The notes below the pieces were generated by a model. The model was not told where the DNA came from. It saw only the letters and a program-made list of their open reading frames with translations, and ran no database searches. A stretch of DNA of 64,000 bases, from the NCBI GenBank assembly GCA_001872625.1, contig MNXP01000049.1, forward strand, positions 36,142-100,141. Reading direction: 5' to 3'. The stretch comes from Bacteroidetes bacterium CG2_30_33_31 (lineage in GTDB: Bacteria; Bacteroidota; Bacteroidia; Bacteroidales; UBA1556). Shown here one piece after another: positions 1 through 8,576 of this stretch; the stretch's first letter is position 1, and each line of letters opens with the position of its first letter. Position numbers and translations under genes: made by a program.

Positions 1-1011
1 AAAACAATTTCCTCGCGTCAATTTTAACATATAATTCCCATTTTGAGTAGGAGTAAATGAATTTGAATTAGCACCAATAATTGCCTGATTATTTGAGCAA
101 TCAATCCATTGATAATTTGAAATTGAATCATAAGTAACCAATGAATTGCCTATAAGTAGAATTGTAGTGTCAATGGAAATATTAATAACTTTAATTTTTA
201 TTATACTGTCGCAACCATTTATATTTGAGAGTGTATCTGAGTAATTACCAGATGAATAAATATATTTTCCAAAGATAATTATTGTGTCGCCTTGGCATAA
301 ATTTGTATCGGCCAAAATAGTTGTGCTTGGTAAATTGACAATTAATTTTTGCCGAATTATGCTATCACATCCAATTGAATTTTGGAGGCTATCATAATAA
401 AATCCTGCAATTTTTTTAAAACCATCAAAAATATATGTACTATCATTTTGGCATATCTCTATGTCGGCAAGCAATGTCATTGGCAAATTGCAAATTGAGC
501 TAAGTGTTATTGACGAAATTCCTTTTAACTGATGTTGACTAAGACTTGTGCCGTAACCATAAGCCCAGATTAGGGGAATATTTACACTACTTGCTGTGAA
601 AGTATAGTCATTTGAATTTGAAGTATTCATCGCTCGTTGGAAAGTAAAAGTTTTGATTCCAGAACTTGTTGAGTTATTAATATTATTTAGATTTTGCTGA
701 TTTTGTAAAGTTGGGGCTGAATGATTTACTTGGTTATATTCTGCAGGATTTCCTCCATTAACGTTGGCTAAAATTGTGTAAGCTCCCGTTGCCATTGATG
801 TGGCTGCAAATCCAAAACCAAACCATTTAGTAGAATTGCCCGACATCATAAAGTTGACTGTTGAATTATTGCTGTTAACAGTAATAGTAAGATTCATCTG
901 ATTAGCACCACTTGCTACGTTAACAGTGCCGTAATAGATTTGAGCATCACTTTTATTTTTTAATAAAAATAATGAAGAAAAAATTAATAGAAAGATGTAT
1001 AAATTTTTCAT
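1..1011 (-). CDS. secreted protein with DOMON-like N-terminal domain and Cys-containing repeat modules (3' end of the gene lies beyond the window start)
   Basis: The minus-strand frame opened by the ATG at 1011..1009 stays open to nt 420 in my hand translation; 1..420 I did not check codon by codon. It gives a signal peptide MKNLYIFLLIFSSLFLLKNKSDAQ, then ...NSTKWFGFGFAATSMATGAY...TFTFQRAMN...IPLIWAYGYG (DOMON-like), then modules ending in GCDSII that are common in Bacteroidota surface proteins. It is absent from the ORF track because the window edge truncates it. Confidence 0.7.
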   Translation of the reverse strand, partial: MKNLYIFLLIFSSLFLLKNKSDAQIYYGTVNVASGANQMNLTITVNSNNSTVNFMMSGNSTKWFGFGFAATSMATGAYTILANVNGGNPAEYNQVNHSAPTLQNQQNLNNINNSTSSGIKTFTFQRAMNTSNSNDYTFTASSVNIPLIWAYGYGTSLSQHQLKGISSITLSSICNLPMTLLADIEICQNDSTYIFDGFKKIAGFYYDSLQNSIGCDSIIRQKLIVNLPSTTILADTNLCQGDTIIIFGKYIYSSGNYSDTLSNINGCDSIIKIKVINISIDTTILLIGNSLVTYDSISNYQWIDCSNNQAIIGANSNSFTPTQNGNYMLKLTRGNCF

Positions 1012-1198
1012 TTGTTGTATATTTTTAATTAGAGATGCTAAATTATAGTAAAAAAATAATAATCTAAAGTAATATAAAACAGTTAATTAATCTTATAATA
1101 AATATTTTTATAAAAGACCTAAGCTTATCAAAAATATTTTTTTTTCATGTTGAGTGAGTAATAATTAGGCATTATTTTGCACACAAATATTTTCTATT

Positions 1199-1834
1199 AT
1201 GGATGAAGTTTTTTCTTTTGGTCTTTATGCTTTTACGGGATTTTTGGCAATGATAAATCCAATGGGTGTAACGCCAGTATTTCTAACATTAACGGCTGAT
1301 TTAACGCAAAAGCAAAAGCAAAAGACAGCCATAACAGCAGTTTTTACGGCTTTTGTTGTTTTAACAATTTTTGCTTTTGGTGGTCAGTTATTATTTAAAT
1401 TTTTTGGAATCTCAGTGGATTCATTCAGGGTTGCTGGAGGAATAATATTTTTTATAATGGGCTTTGATATGCTGAATGCTAAAGTTAGTCGATTGAAATA
1501 TAAGAGCAAAGATATTGATGAACAGATGAATGATGTAGCCGTTACACCACTTGGAATTCCTATGATTGCTGGTCCTGGCTCAATTACCAATGCAATAGTT
1601 TTGATGAATGATGCTCACTCAACGGGTCAAAAAATAGTTTTGCCAATTGCAATAATTTTGGTTCTTACATTTACTTTAATTTCTATGATTGCCGGAACCA
1701 AGATTATGAAATTTCTTGGCAAAACAGGTAATAGAGTAATGCTTAAGCTAATGGGATTAATAATGATGGTTATTGCAGTGGAATTTTTCTTTGCTGGGTT
1801 AAAACCCATTTTAAGAAATATTTTATTGAAATAA
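1199..1834 (+). CDS. MarC family (UPF0056) integral membrane protein
   Basis: 211 aa and multi-helix hydrophobic. Carries the motifs FLAMINPMGVTPVFLTLT and TPLGIPMIAGPGSITN typical of MarC/YhgN proteins. Confidence 0.8.
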   Translation: MDEVFSFGLYAFTGFLAMINPMGVTPVFLTLTADLTQKQKQKTAITAVFTAFVVLTIFAFGGQLLFKFFGISVDSFRVAGGIIFFIMGFDMLNAKVSRLKYKSKDIDEQMNDVAVTPLGIPMIAGPGSITNAIVLMNDAHSTGQKIVLPIAIILVLTFTLISMIAGTKIMKFLGKTGNRVMLKLMGLIMMVIAVEFFFAGLKPILRNILLK

Positions 1835-1850
1835 TTTTAAATTTATTGAA

Positions 1851-2600
1851 TTATGCAAGTTTAAAATTCATTATTTTATTGCTATCCATTGCTTTAGAAA
1901 TATATTCAGAGAAGCCTGATTTTTTTAATTCATTAAGATACACCATATTATGAGTATCACTTCCCAGAAATTTTATTAATTTTTTATCAATAAGCTTCTG
2001 CGCAACTACTCTTGATGGCTTAGAATACCAACCCGTTAATGAATTTATATTTAGTTGAAGATAAATGCCTCTATCATATAAATCTTGATATTTATCCATA
2101 TTATCATGCCAATAGGTGTAGCGTTCAGGATGTGCAAGAATGACTTTATAATTATTTATCTGAAGTTCAAATAATATTGAATTCAAGTTCAGTGGCTCTG
2201 AAAAATAAGAAAGTTCAACGAGCAAAAAATTATCACCCATAGTCATTAGCTTACCAGATTCCATTTTTTTCAAAAAGCCATCATCAATCAAATACTCTGC
2301 TGCTACATCAATTTCCATTTCAACATGCTGATCTTTAAGAGTTTTACGGATTATTTTAAGTCCTTCATTAATTATTTCAGGAGTATTTTTATATCTATCA
2401 GCCATTATATGAGGAGTAGTAATGAGTTTTTTATAACCCATTTCTTTTAAATTTTTTATCAATTCCAAAGATTCTTCAATGGATTTGCTTCCATCGTCAA
2501 TGGAAGGAATTAAATGAGAATGCATATCAACACCAATGGATGAAAAATCGAAAGACGTCTCGCTTTTTGCAGAACCAAAAATATTTTTGAGTAAATTCAT
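1851..2600 (-). CDS. CpsB/YwqE-type PHP-domain protein-tyrosine phosphatase
   Basis: 249 aa. Metal-binding motifs VDMHSHLIPSIDDGS, TTPHI, LAHPERY and GSDTHN match the PHP-family Mn-dependent tyrosine phosphatase signature. Confidence 0.8.
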   Translation of the reverse strand: MNLLKNIFGSAKSETSFDFSSIGVDMHSHLIPSIDDGSKSIEESLELIKNLKEMGYKKLITTPHIMADRYKNTPEIINEGLKIIRKTLKDQHVEMEIDVAAEYLIDDGFLKKMESGKLMTMGDNFLLVELSYFSEPLNLNSILFELQINNYKVILAHPERYTYWHDNMDKYQDLYDRGIYLQLNINSLTGWYSKPSRVVAQKLIDKKLIKFLGSDTHNMVYLNELKKSGFSEYISKAMDSNKIMNFKLA

Positions 2601-2604
2601 GATG

Positions 2605-2612
2605 CAAATTTA
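2605..2612 (-). promoter_or_regulatory. Bacteroidota -7 promoter box (TAAATTTG on the minus strand), 4 nt from the ATG of the phosphatase gene
   Basis: Exact match to TAnnTTTG. The minus strand reads TAAATTTG-CATC-ATG. Confidence 0.45.
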
Positions 2613-2689
2613 GATATTAAAACATTTAAACCATCTTTATAATTATCATATTATAAATTTTTTATCTTCGCAATTCAAATATTTTTAGA

Positions 2690-3361
2690 ATGATTGAGCA
2701 AACAATTAACATTTTTATTGTAGATGATCATCTAATGTTTATAGATGGATTAAAGGCAATATTAAAATTATCACCAGAAATTGTCGTGGTTGGTGATGCA
2801 ACAAGTGGGGAAGAGGCATTGCAAAAGATTGAAAATTTGGATATTGATGTACTTCTTACGGATATTTCGATGCCAAAAATGAAAGGAGATGAACTTTGTA
2901 GATTGGTAAAGGCAAAAAATAGCATGATTCAGATTCTTGCACTTACTATGCATAATAATATCGAAATTATTGATACCATGATAAAAGCTGGAGTTTCTGG
3001 ATATATTCTTAAAAATACTGGAAGGAAAGAGCTCTTAGAAGCAATACATGCCATTCACGAAGGGAGAAATTTTTATTCCACTGAAGTTCAGGAATCTATG
3101 CTTAAAAAATATATAAAAAATGGATATCAGACCATTGGGGATCCTTCTCTTAATATTGAAACCTCAGTTTATTTTACTCGTCGTGAAAAGCAGATTATGA
3201 AATTGATTATTGAAGGAAATAGCAATGCTGAAATAGCGCAAATTTTGCTTCTAAGCATTCATACCATAACTTCGCATCGAAAGAATATTTATTCGAAAAC
3301 GTCTGTTAATAATACGGCTCAACTAATTGAATTTGTGCGTTCTAATGCAATTTATTTATAA
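2690..3361 (+). CDS. LuxR/NarL-family response regulator
   Basis: 223 aa. The receiver has IFIVDDH...DVLLTDISMP...ILALT...GYILK, and the C-terminus has a LuxR HTH (TRREKQIMKLIIEGNSNAEIAQILLLSIHTITSHRKNIYSK). A near-consensus -7 box TATCTTCG lies at 2663..2670. Confidence 0.85.
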   Translation: MIEQTINIFIVDDHLMFIDGLKAILKLSPEIVVVGDATSGEEALQKIENLDIDVLLTDISMPKMKGDELCRLVKAKNSMIQILALTMHNNIEIIDTMIKAGVSGYILKNTGRKELLEAIHAIHEGRNFYSTEVQESMLKKYIKNGYQTIGDPSLNIETSVYFTRREKQIMKLIIEGNSNAEIAQILLLSIHTITSHRKNIYSKTSVNNTAQLIEFVRSNAIYL

Positions 3362-3401
3362 AGTTAATTTAAATAATTAAATTTCAAATATTTTTTTGAA
3401 T

Positions 3402-4202
3402 ATGGTATTTTATGCTAATTGTAAAATTAATTTAGGATTAAAAATAACTGCTAAGCGGGCTGATGGTTTTCACAACATTGAAACGATTATTTATCCTATT
3501 AATTTTTCAGATATCATTGAAATTGTGCCAAGCAATAAATTCTCCATTACTTTTAGTGGACTAAAAATATCTGGAAATGTTTCAGAAAATTTATGTGTTA
3601 AAGCATTTCAATTATTGAAATATTTATATGATATTCCAAATGTAAAAATTCATTTGCATAAAATAATTCCAATGGGAGCAGGACTTGGCGGAGGTTCTTC
3701 CGACGCCTCTTTCGTTTTGAAATCCTTGAACTCTACTTTTAAATTGAATTTAGACAATAATCTTTTAAAAAATTTATCTTCTAAATTAGGCTCAGATTGT
3801 CCTTTTTTTATCGACAATATCCCAACTCTTGCAAGTGGTGTAGGCACAAGCTTAAAAGAAATTTCATTAGATTTACGTGGATATTTTGTTGCTCTTTTAT
3901 TGCCAAAGATTCATATATCTACTGCTGAAGCTTATTCAGCTATTTCAAAATATTCAGAATCTTATAATTTTGATTTTATTAATGTTAATAAAATCAATTT
4001 ATGGAAGGAAGATTTAATAAATGATTTTGAGCTTGGTATATTTTCAAAATATCCTGAACTTGAGAAATTAAAATATAGACTTTATGATTCTGGAGCAATT
4101 TATGCCTCAATGTCTGGAAGTGGTTCTGCAATATTTGGAATTTTCAAATCCCTTCCCGAGCTAAACTTTTATGATGTTGAATATAAAATAATTGCACTTT
4201 AA
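3402..4202 (+). CDS. ispE: 4-diphosphocytidyl-2-C-methyl-D-erythritol kinase
   Basis: GHMP kinase with CKINLGLKI...R.DGFH..ET and the PMGAGLGGGSSDAS ATP motif. The ORF track starts at TTG 3396, but an in-frame ATG at 3402 is the more likely start. Confidence 0.85.
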   Translation: MVFYANCKINLGLKITAKRADGFHNIETIIYPINFSDIIEIVPSNKFSITFSGLKISGNVSENLCVKAFQLLKYLYDIPNVKIHLHKIIPMGAGLGGGSSDASFVLKSLNSTFKLNLDNNLLKNLSSKLGSDCPFFIDNIPTLASGVGTSLKEISLDLRGYFVALLLPKIHISTAEAYSAISKYSESYNFDFINVNKINLWKEDLINDFELGIFSKYPELEKLKYRLYDSGAIYASMSGSGSAIFGIFKSLPELNFYDVEYKIIAL

Positions 4203-4203
4203 C

Positions 4204-4557
4204 CTATTCCATCATAATAATTTCATCTTGCAATTTCTTAGGTAGTTTGTTGAATATCAATGAATAACTATGGTCTATAAGCTCTTTCATTAGTTTTGCT
4301 GGCGCTTCTTTGAAATATATAGTATTCCAATGGGTTTTGTTCATGTGCCAACCTGGAATGATAAAACTATAATGCTCTCTTAGCTCAATACTTCTTTCCG
4401 GAGTGCATTTTAAATTAAGTGTTTCACCGTCATCGAGACTTAGCAAGCCAAACATTTTACCGCCAATTTTAAATACTAAAGTGCTTTCATCAAAAGGAAA
4501 ATCTTCAATTGCAGCCTTTTTAGTACAGCAATAGTTTCTAATTTCTTCAATATTCAT
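4204..4557 (-). CDS. MmcQ/YjbR family DNA-binding protein
   Basis: 117 aa. The pattern ...EDFPFDESTLVFKIGGKMFGLL...LKC.PE....L.......PGWHMNK.HWNTI is typical of YjbR-like proteins. Confidence 0.7.
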   Translation of the reverse strand: MNIEEIRNYCCTKKAAIEDFPFDESTLVFKIGGKMFGLLSLDDGETLNLKCTPERSIELREHYSFIIPGWHMNKTHWNTIYFKEAPAKLMKELIDHSYSLIFNKLPKKLQDEIIMME

Positions 4558-4562
4558 AAGTT

Positions 4563-6248
4563 TTATTTTAGTCTTTCGAGAATTTTATCTGCGACTCTAA
4601 AACTGTTAGCATAAATTGTCCAAGTATAAGGTACACTGCCACCTGTAGGCATAAAAGAGCCATCGCTAATATATAAGTTTTCAACTTCATGAGCTCTGCA
4701 ATTTTTATTCAAGACTGATGTTTTTGCATCGTTTCCAAATCTACAACCGCCTGCTTGCAAATTTGCTGGGGGAGAACTACTTGTTTCCGAACTTATATTT
4801 TTTGCGCCCATAATCTTCAATACTTCTTCAGCTTTTTTTGCAAGAAAAGCCCCCACTTTTAAATCATGTTTATGGTTTTGAAATCTTATTTTTGCCACAG
4901 GAACTCCCCATTTATCTATTACTTTTGGGTCAAGACTCACAAAACAATTATCGTTTGGAAGCCAATCATTGAATACCTCGAAAGTCAACTTTCGTGTTTC
5001 AGTAAAATAAGAAAAAAGCTTTTTCTTGAACTCGCTTCCGTAAAGTAATTGTCCTTCTTCATCCCATTTTTGCTTTATAGCTTTTCTTATCGGATTTGAA
5101 TGTTCCCAAAGAAAATCTATCGAGCCACCCTTAGCTTTACCATTAAAAGAGTTATCATCAATCTCATACCAATTTTGAATTGCTCTATTTACAAACAAAC
5201 CAGGTATCATAATATTTTTAAAATCTTCTTCAGAGAAATCAGATTTAAAGAAATAACCCGAGCCTAAAGCACCAGCAGAAAACAATAAATTTTTTCCAAC
5301 ATTACCACTGTTGTTGGCAAGACCATTAGGAAATTCCTTGTTTTTGCTGAGCAAAAGGAGCCGTGATGTTTCTATCGCTTGGGCTGCAATAACAAATATT
5401 TTAGCATCGATACTAAATATATTTTTTTCAAAGTCATGATAGTAAGCTTTGATGACTTTTCCTTTTCCATTAGTTTCTAAATGATAAGCTTTTGCCATTG
5501 GAATTATTGTACAATTTTTTGTCTCTAAAGCTTTGTTCAAAAGTGTTACCCTCGAACTAGCTTTTGCATCTGAGCTACAACCATAACTACCACAATATCC
5601 CGAGTAATAGCAAGCATTTCTTTGTTCTTTAGGTAATGATAAAATTCCGCGAGGTATTGGAACTGATAAGTAACCAAGAGTTTCTGTAGCCTTATCAATC
5701 CAATGAGAAACAATATTTTCCGATAAGGGTGGGTAGGGAAAATCTTCTGTAGAACGTGGTTCTAAAGTAGAATGCTTAATAACTTTACCTGAAATGCCAA
5801 CTACAGATTCTACCTTGCTATAATAAGGTTCCAATTCCTCATAAGTAATTGGCCAATCAGCAATATTTGCCCCTTGAATTTCGCCATATTGCGACAATAA
5901 TTTGAAGTCATTAGGTTTAAGCCGATGAAAAAATGCACTCATAAAGTTCGAAGACCCGCCAACACAGCTGCCATTCCAAAAATTCATTCCACCATGAATA
6001 TTCGATTTGCTTACAAAATTTCCATTCTTATCTTTCCATTCAATTACTTGAGGTTCATCATGTAAAGAAGGAATATAAGAATCTCTTCGAGTGGCAACAA
6101 TTTCATCTTTAGTAAATTGTGAAGTTTTTATCCAGGGTCCTTTTTCTAGAATCACCACGGAGAAACCGGCTTTTGTAAGTTCAAATGCAATTGGTCCAGC
6201 ACCAGCACCACTGCCAATAATACAAATATCAAAACTGTTGTTTTTCAT
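4563..6248 (-). CDS. GMC-family FAD-dependent oxidoreductase (large flavoprotein subunit, no signal peptide)
   Basis: 561 aa. The N-terminus has the FDICIIGSGAGAGPIAFELTKAGFSVVILEKG dinucleotide fold and the C-terminus has a GMC motif (...NLYISDGSFMPTGG..). Its ATG overlaps the stop of the upstream small-subunit gene (TAATG). Confidence 0.85.
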   Translation of the reverse strand: MKNNSFDICIIGSGAGAGPIAFELTKAGFSVVILEKGPWIKTSQFTKDEIVATRRDSYIPSLHDEPQVIEWKDKNGNFVSKSNIHGGMNFWNGSCVGGSSNFMSAFFHRLKPNDFKLLSQYGEIQGANIADWPITYEELEPYYSKVESVVGISGKVIKHSTLEPRSTEDFPYPPLSENIVSHWIDKATETLGYLSVPIPRGILSLPKEQRNACYYSGYCGSYGCSSDAKASSRVTLLNKALETKNCTIIPMAKAYHLETNGKGKVIKAYYHDFEKNIFSIDAKIFVIAAQAIETSRLLLLSKNKEFPNGLANNSGNVGKNLLFSAGALGSGYFFKSDFSEEDFKNIMIPGLFVNRAIQNWYEIDDNSFNGKAKGGSIDFLWEHSNPIRKAIKQKWDEEGQLLYGSEFKKKLFSYFTETRKLTFEVFNDWLPNDNCFVSLDPKVIDKWGVPVAKIRFQNHKHDLKVGAFLAKKAEEVLKIMGAKNISSETSSSPPANLQAGGCRFGNDAKTSVLNKNCRAHEVENLYISDGSFMPTGGSVPYTWTIYANSFRVADKILERLK

Positions 6249-6871
6249 TATTCTGCCCCCACAGTTTTAAGAAAGTTTCCATAAGCAAGATCTTTTGTTG
6301 GGTTCGGACTTCCAGCTGTATGTTGCAACCAAAGCCAACCAATTTTGTCAGGATTCCCTCCATAAATTGGGTCTGAAAGTAAGGCTTCAATGACGAATGT
6401 AAGCATCACAGAAAGCCATGTTTCACCCCAATCGAGATTAGATATTTTTGCTATCAAAAGTTTACTTTTATGAGAATCTAATTTTAAAAAATCCATAGAA
6501 AATTCTTTATTTGAGGCCTCATTAACCCATGTTATACCATTGATAATGAAATTTTTATCTTCGATATCCATATTTTTATCTGAAAGTACCCAAGCAAGAT
6601 AAGTATCAGCATTAATTTTTTTTGCATCAGGTCCAATACCATCATTTGGGAGAAGTATTTGTTGTACTTTTAAGGCGATTTCTATCTCTTCATCGCTTAA
6701 AGTCAAATATTTTTCATCTTCATTATTTGATGAATTAAGACATGATGTTGCAAAGGGAATTTGAGAAATTAGCCCTAAAAAAGCAATGTTTTTAATAAAT
6801 ACTCGCCTTGAAAGTTGCCACTTATCAATCTCTTGTAAACTTTTTGGTATATATTTATTACTGGTTATCAA
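6248..6871 (-). CDS. gluconate 2-dehydrogenase subunit 3 family protein carrying a twin-arginine signal and a lipobox
   Basis: 207 aa with a TTG start. The N-terminal ...QLSRRVFIKNIAFLGLISQIPFATSC matches the Tat consensus S-R-R-x-F-L-K and is followed by a lipobox Cys. It is paired with the GMC flavoprotein, as in gluconate 2-DH-like enzymes. Confidence 0.7.
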   Translation of the reverse strand: MITSNKYIPKSLQEIDKWQLSRRVFIKNIAFLGLISQIPFATSCLNSSNNEDEKYLTLSDEEIEIALKVQQILLPNDGIGPDAKKINADTYLAWVLSDKNMDIEDKNFIINGITWVNEASNKEFSMDFLKLDSHKSKLLIAKISNLDWGETWLSVMLTFVIEALLSDPIYGGNPDKIGWLWLQHTAGSPNPTKDLAYGNFLKTVGAE

Positions 6872-7320
6872 ATTGTTAAGATTGAAGATTTCATTTATTA
6901 AAAGTATGTAAATTTCCTTTTGAATTATTTTTTTTTTGATGTATCATATTTTTTTGATTATAATTTTAATGAAAAATAATTTCAAATAATATTTCACAAT
7001 AAATTATTGATATAATGATATTTACATATAATGTTAATTATGATGGTAAATAAGCAGTGCAATTAATAATGCTTTTTGTTAGTATGGCTAATTAAAATTA
7101 AATCTATCTTTGCAACAGCAAATATAACTTAGGGTAGTTAATTATTTCTTTTTATTTTAATAGAACTTAAAAACCAGTGTAATTTTTATTTTTTTATAAT
7201 ATAAATCTTTCACAGTTTAATATATTTTAGATAGATTAGGAAAGTTTTTTCTATAAAATATAATTTCAAATTAGCTAAATGTTTGCAAAGATTATTGAAC
7301 AATAATACAAATTTAATTAT

Positions 7321-8178
7321 ATGGCTTACAATCTTTTAAAAGGTAAAAGAGGAATTATTTTCGGCGCGTTAGATCATCTAAGCATTGCATGGAAAACAGC
7401 AGAAAGAGCACATGAAGAAGGTGCAATATTTACATTGTCAAATACTCCACTGGCAATGCGATTTGGAGAAATTAACGAGCTTGCTGAAAAGACTGGCTCC
7501 CAAATTGTGCCAGCAGATGCATCAAGTGTGGAGGATCTTGAAGAAGTATTTAGAAAGTCTCAAGAGATTCTTGGAGGTAAAATTGATTTTGTTCTTCATT
7601 CCATTGGCATGTCGATGAATGTTAGAAAGGGGCTGCTTTACGATAATTTGAATTATGAATATTTTATGAAAGATATTGATATTTCGGCTCTTTCATTTCA
7701 TAAAATGTTGCAAGTTGCTCGTAAAATGGATGCAATTTCTGAAGGAGGTTCTGTCATTGCACTTTCTTACGTGGCTGCCCAGCGCACATTTTTTAGATAC
7801 AACGACATGGCTGACGTAAAAGCTATCTTAGAGTCAATTGCTCGTAGTTTTGGCTATATTTATGGCAGAGATAAAGGTATAAGAATCAATACAATATCTC
7901 AATCTCCAACAATTACCACTGCCGGTAAAGGTATTAAAGGAATGGATTCACTTTTCGATTTTACAGATAGAATGTCGCCATTAGGTAACGCGAATGCCGA
8001 GGAATGTGCTGGTTATTGCGTAGTCATGTTTTCCGACCTTACAAAAAAGGTAACCATGCAAAATCTATATCACGACGGAGGATTTTCATCTATGGGTATG
8101 AGTTTCAAAGCTATGCAAGTTTACAATAAGAGTTTAGATCAGGCTCTGGCAGATGGCGATTTCTCGTACGATGATTAG
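7321..8178 (+). CDS. fabI: enoyl-[acyl-carrier-protein] reductase (NADH), FabI type
   Basis: 285 aa SDR. Has LKGKRGIIFGA...SIAW at the N-terminus, Tyr-x6-Lys (YNDMADVK), and the ...IRINTIS.. motif. Confidence 0.8.
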   Translation: MAYNLLKGKRGIIFGALDHLSIAWKTAERAHEEGAIFTLSNTPLAMRFGEINELAEKTGSQIVPADASSVEDLEEVFRKSQEILGGKIDFVLHSIGMSMNVRKGLLYDNLNYEYFMKDIDISALSFHKMLQVARKMDAISEGGSVIALSYVAAQRTFFRYNDMADVKAILESIARSFGYIYGRDKGIRINTISQSPTITTAGKGIKGMDSLFDFTDRMSPLGNANAEECAGYCVVMFSDLTKKVTMQNLYHDGGFSSMGMSFKAMQVYNKSLDQALADGDFSYDD

Positions 8179-8398
8179 CGAAAAAAATATTACCTATTAC
8201 ATATAATTTATTGGCGAAATCTTGAGAGGTTTTAAATAATTTTGAAATCTCTTTAATTTTTCATGCTCAAATCTCTAATTTATGATATCGGTTTTATCAA
8301 AAAGTTTCTAATAGAGATTTGAATAAATTTCTAATAGAAAACCAAATTACTACAATATTTATAATTTTTACAAGTGAATTTTTAATAGATAATATTTG

Positions 8399-8423
8399 TA
8401 TTTTTGTCTATACTGTATTTTTG
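8399..8423 (+). promoter_or_regulatory. two tandem -7 promoter boxes (TATTTTTG at 8399..8406 and 8416..8423) inside a 17-bp direct duplication
   Basis: gtatttttgtctata occurs twice (8398..8412 and 8415..8429), about 155-180 nt upstream of the TTG start of the giant gene. Confidence 0.35.
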
Positions 8424-8576
8424 TCTATAAAATTTATTTGAATAATTTTTTTGTTACTAATTTTATTTGATTTATGAGTATTAACTTTATATATTTGAAA
8501 TTAGTAACTTATCAATTTTGAAACAGTTTTGAATAAATAAAGTATTAAATGATAATAATAATTTAGTAATTTAACT

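Noticed and set aside
7385-7618. A 77-aa alternative-frame ORF inside fabI.
   Set aside because: It sits on the same strand as fabI in a different frame and has no independent signals. fabI motifs account for the region.
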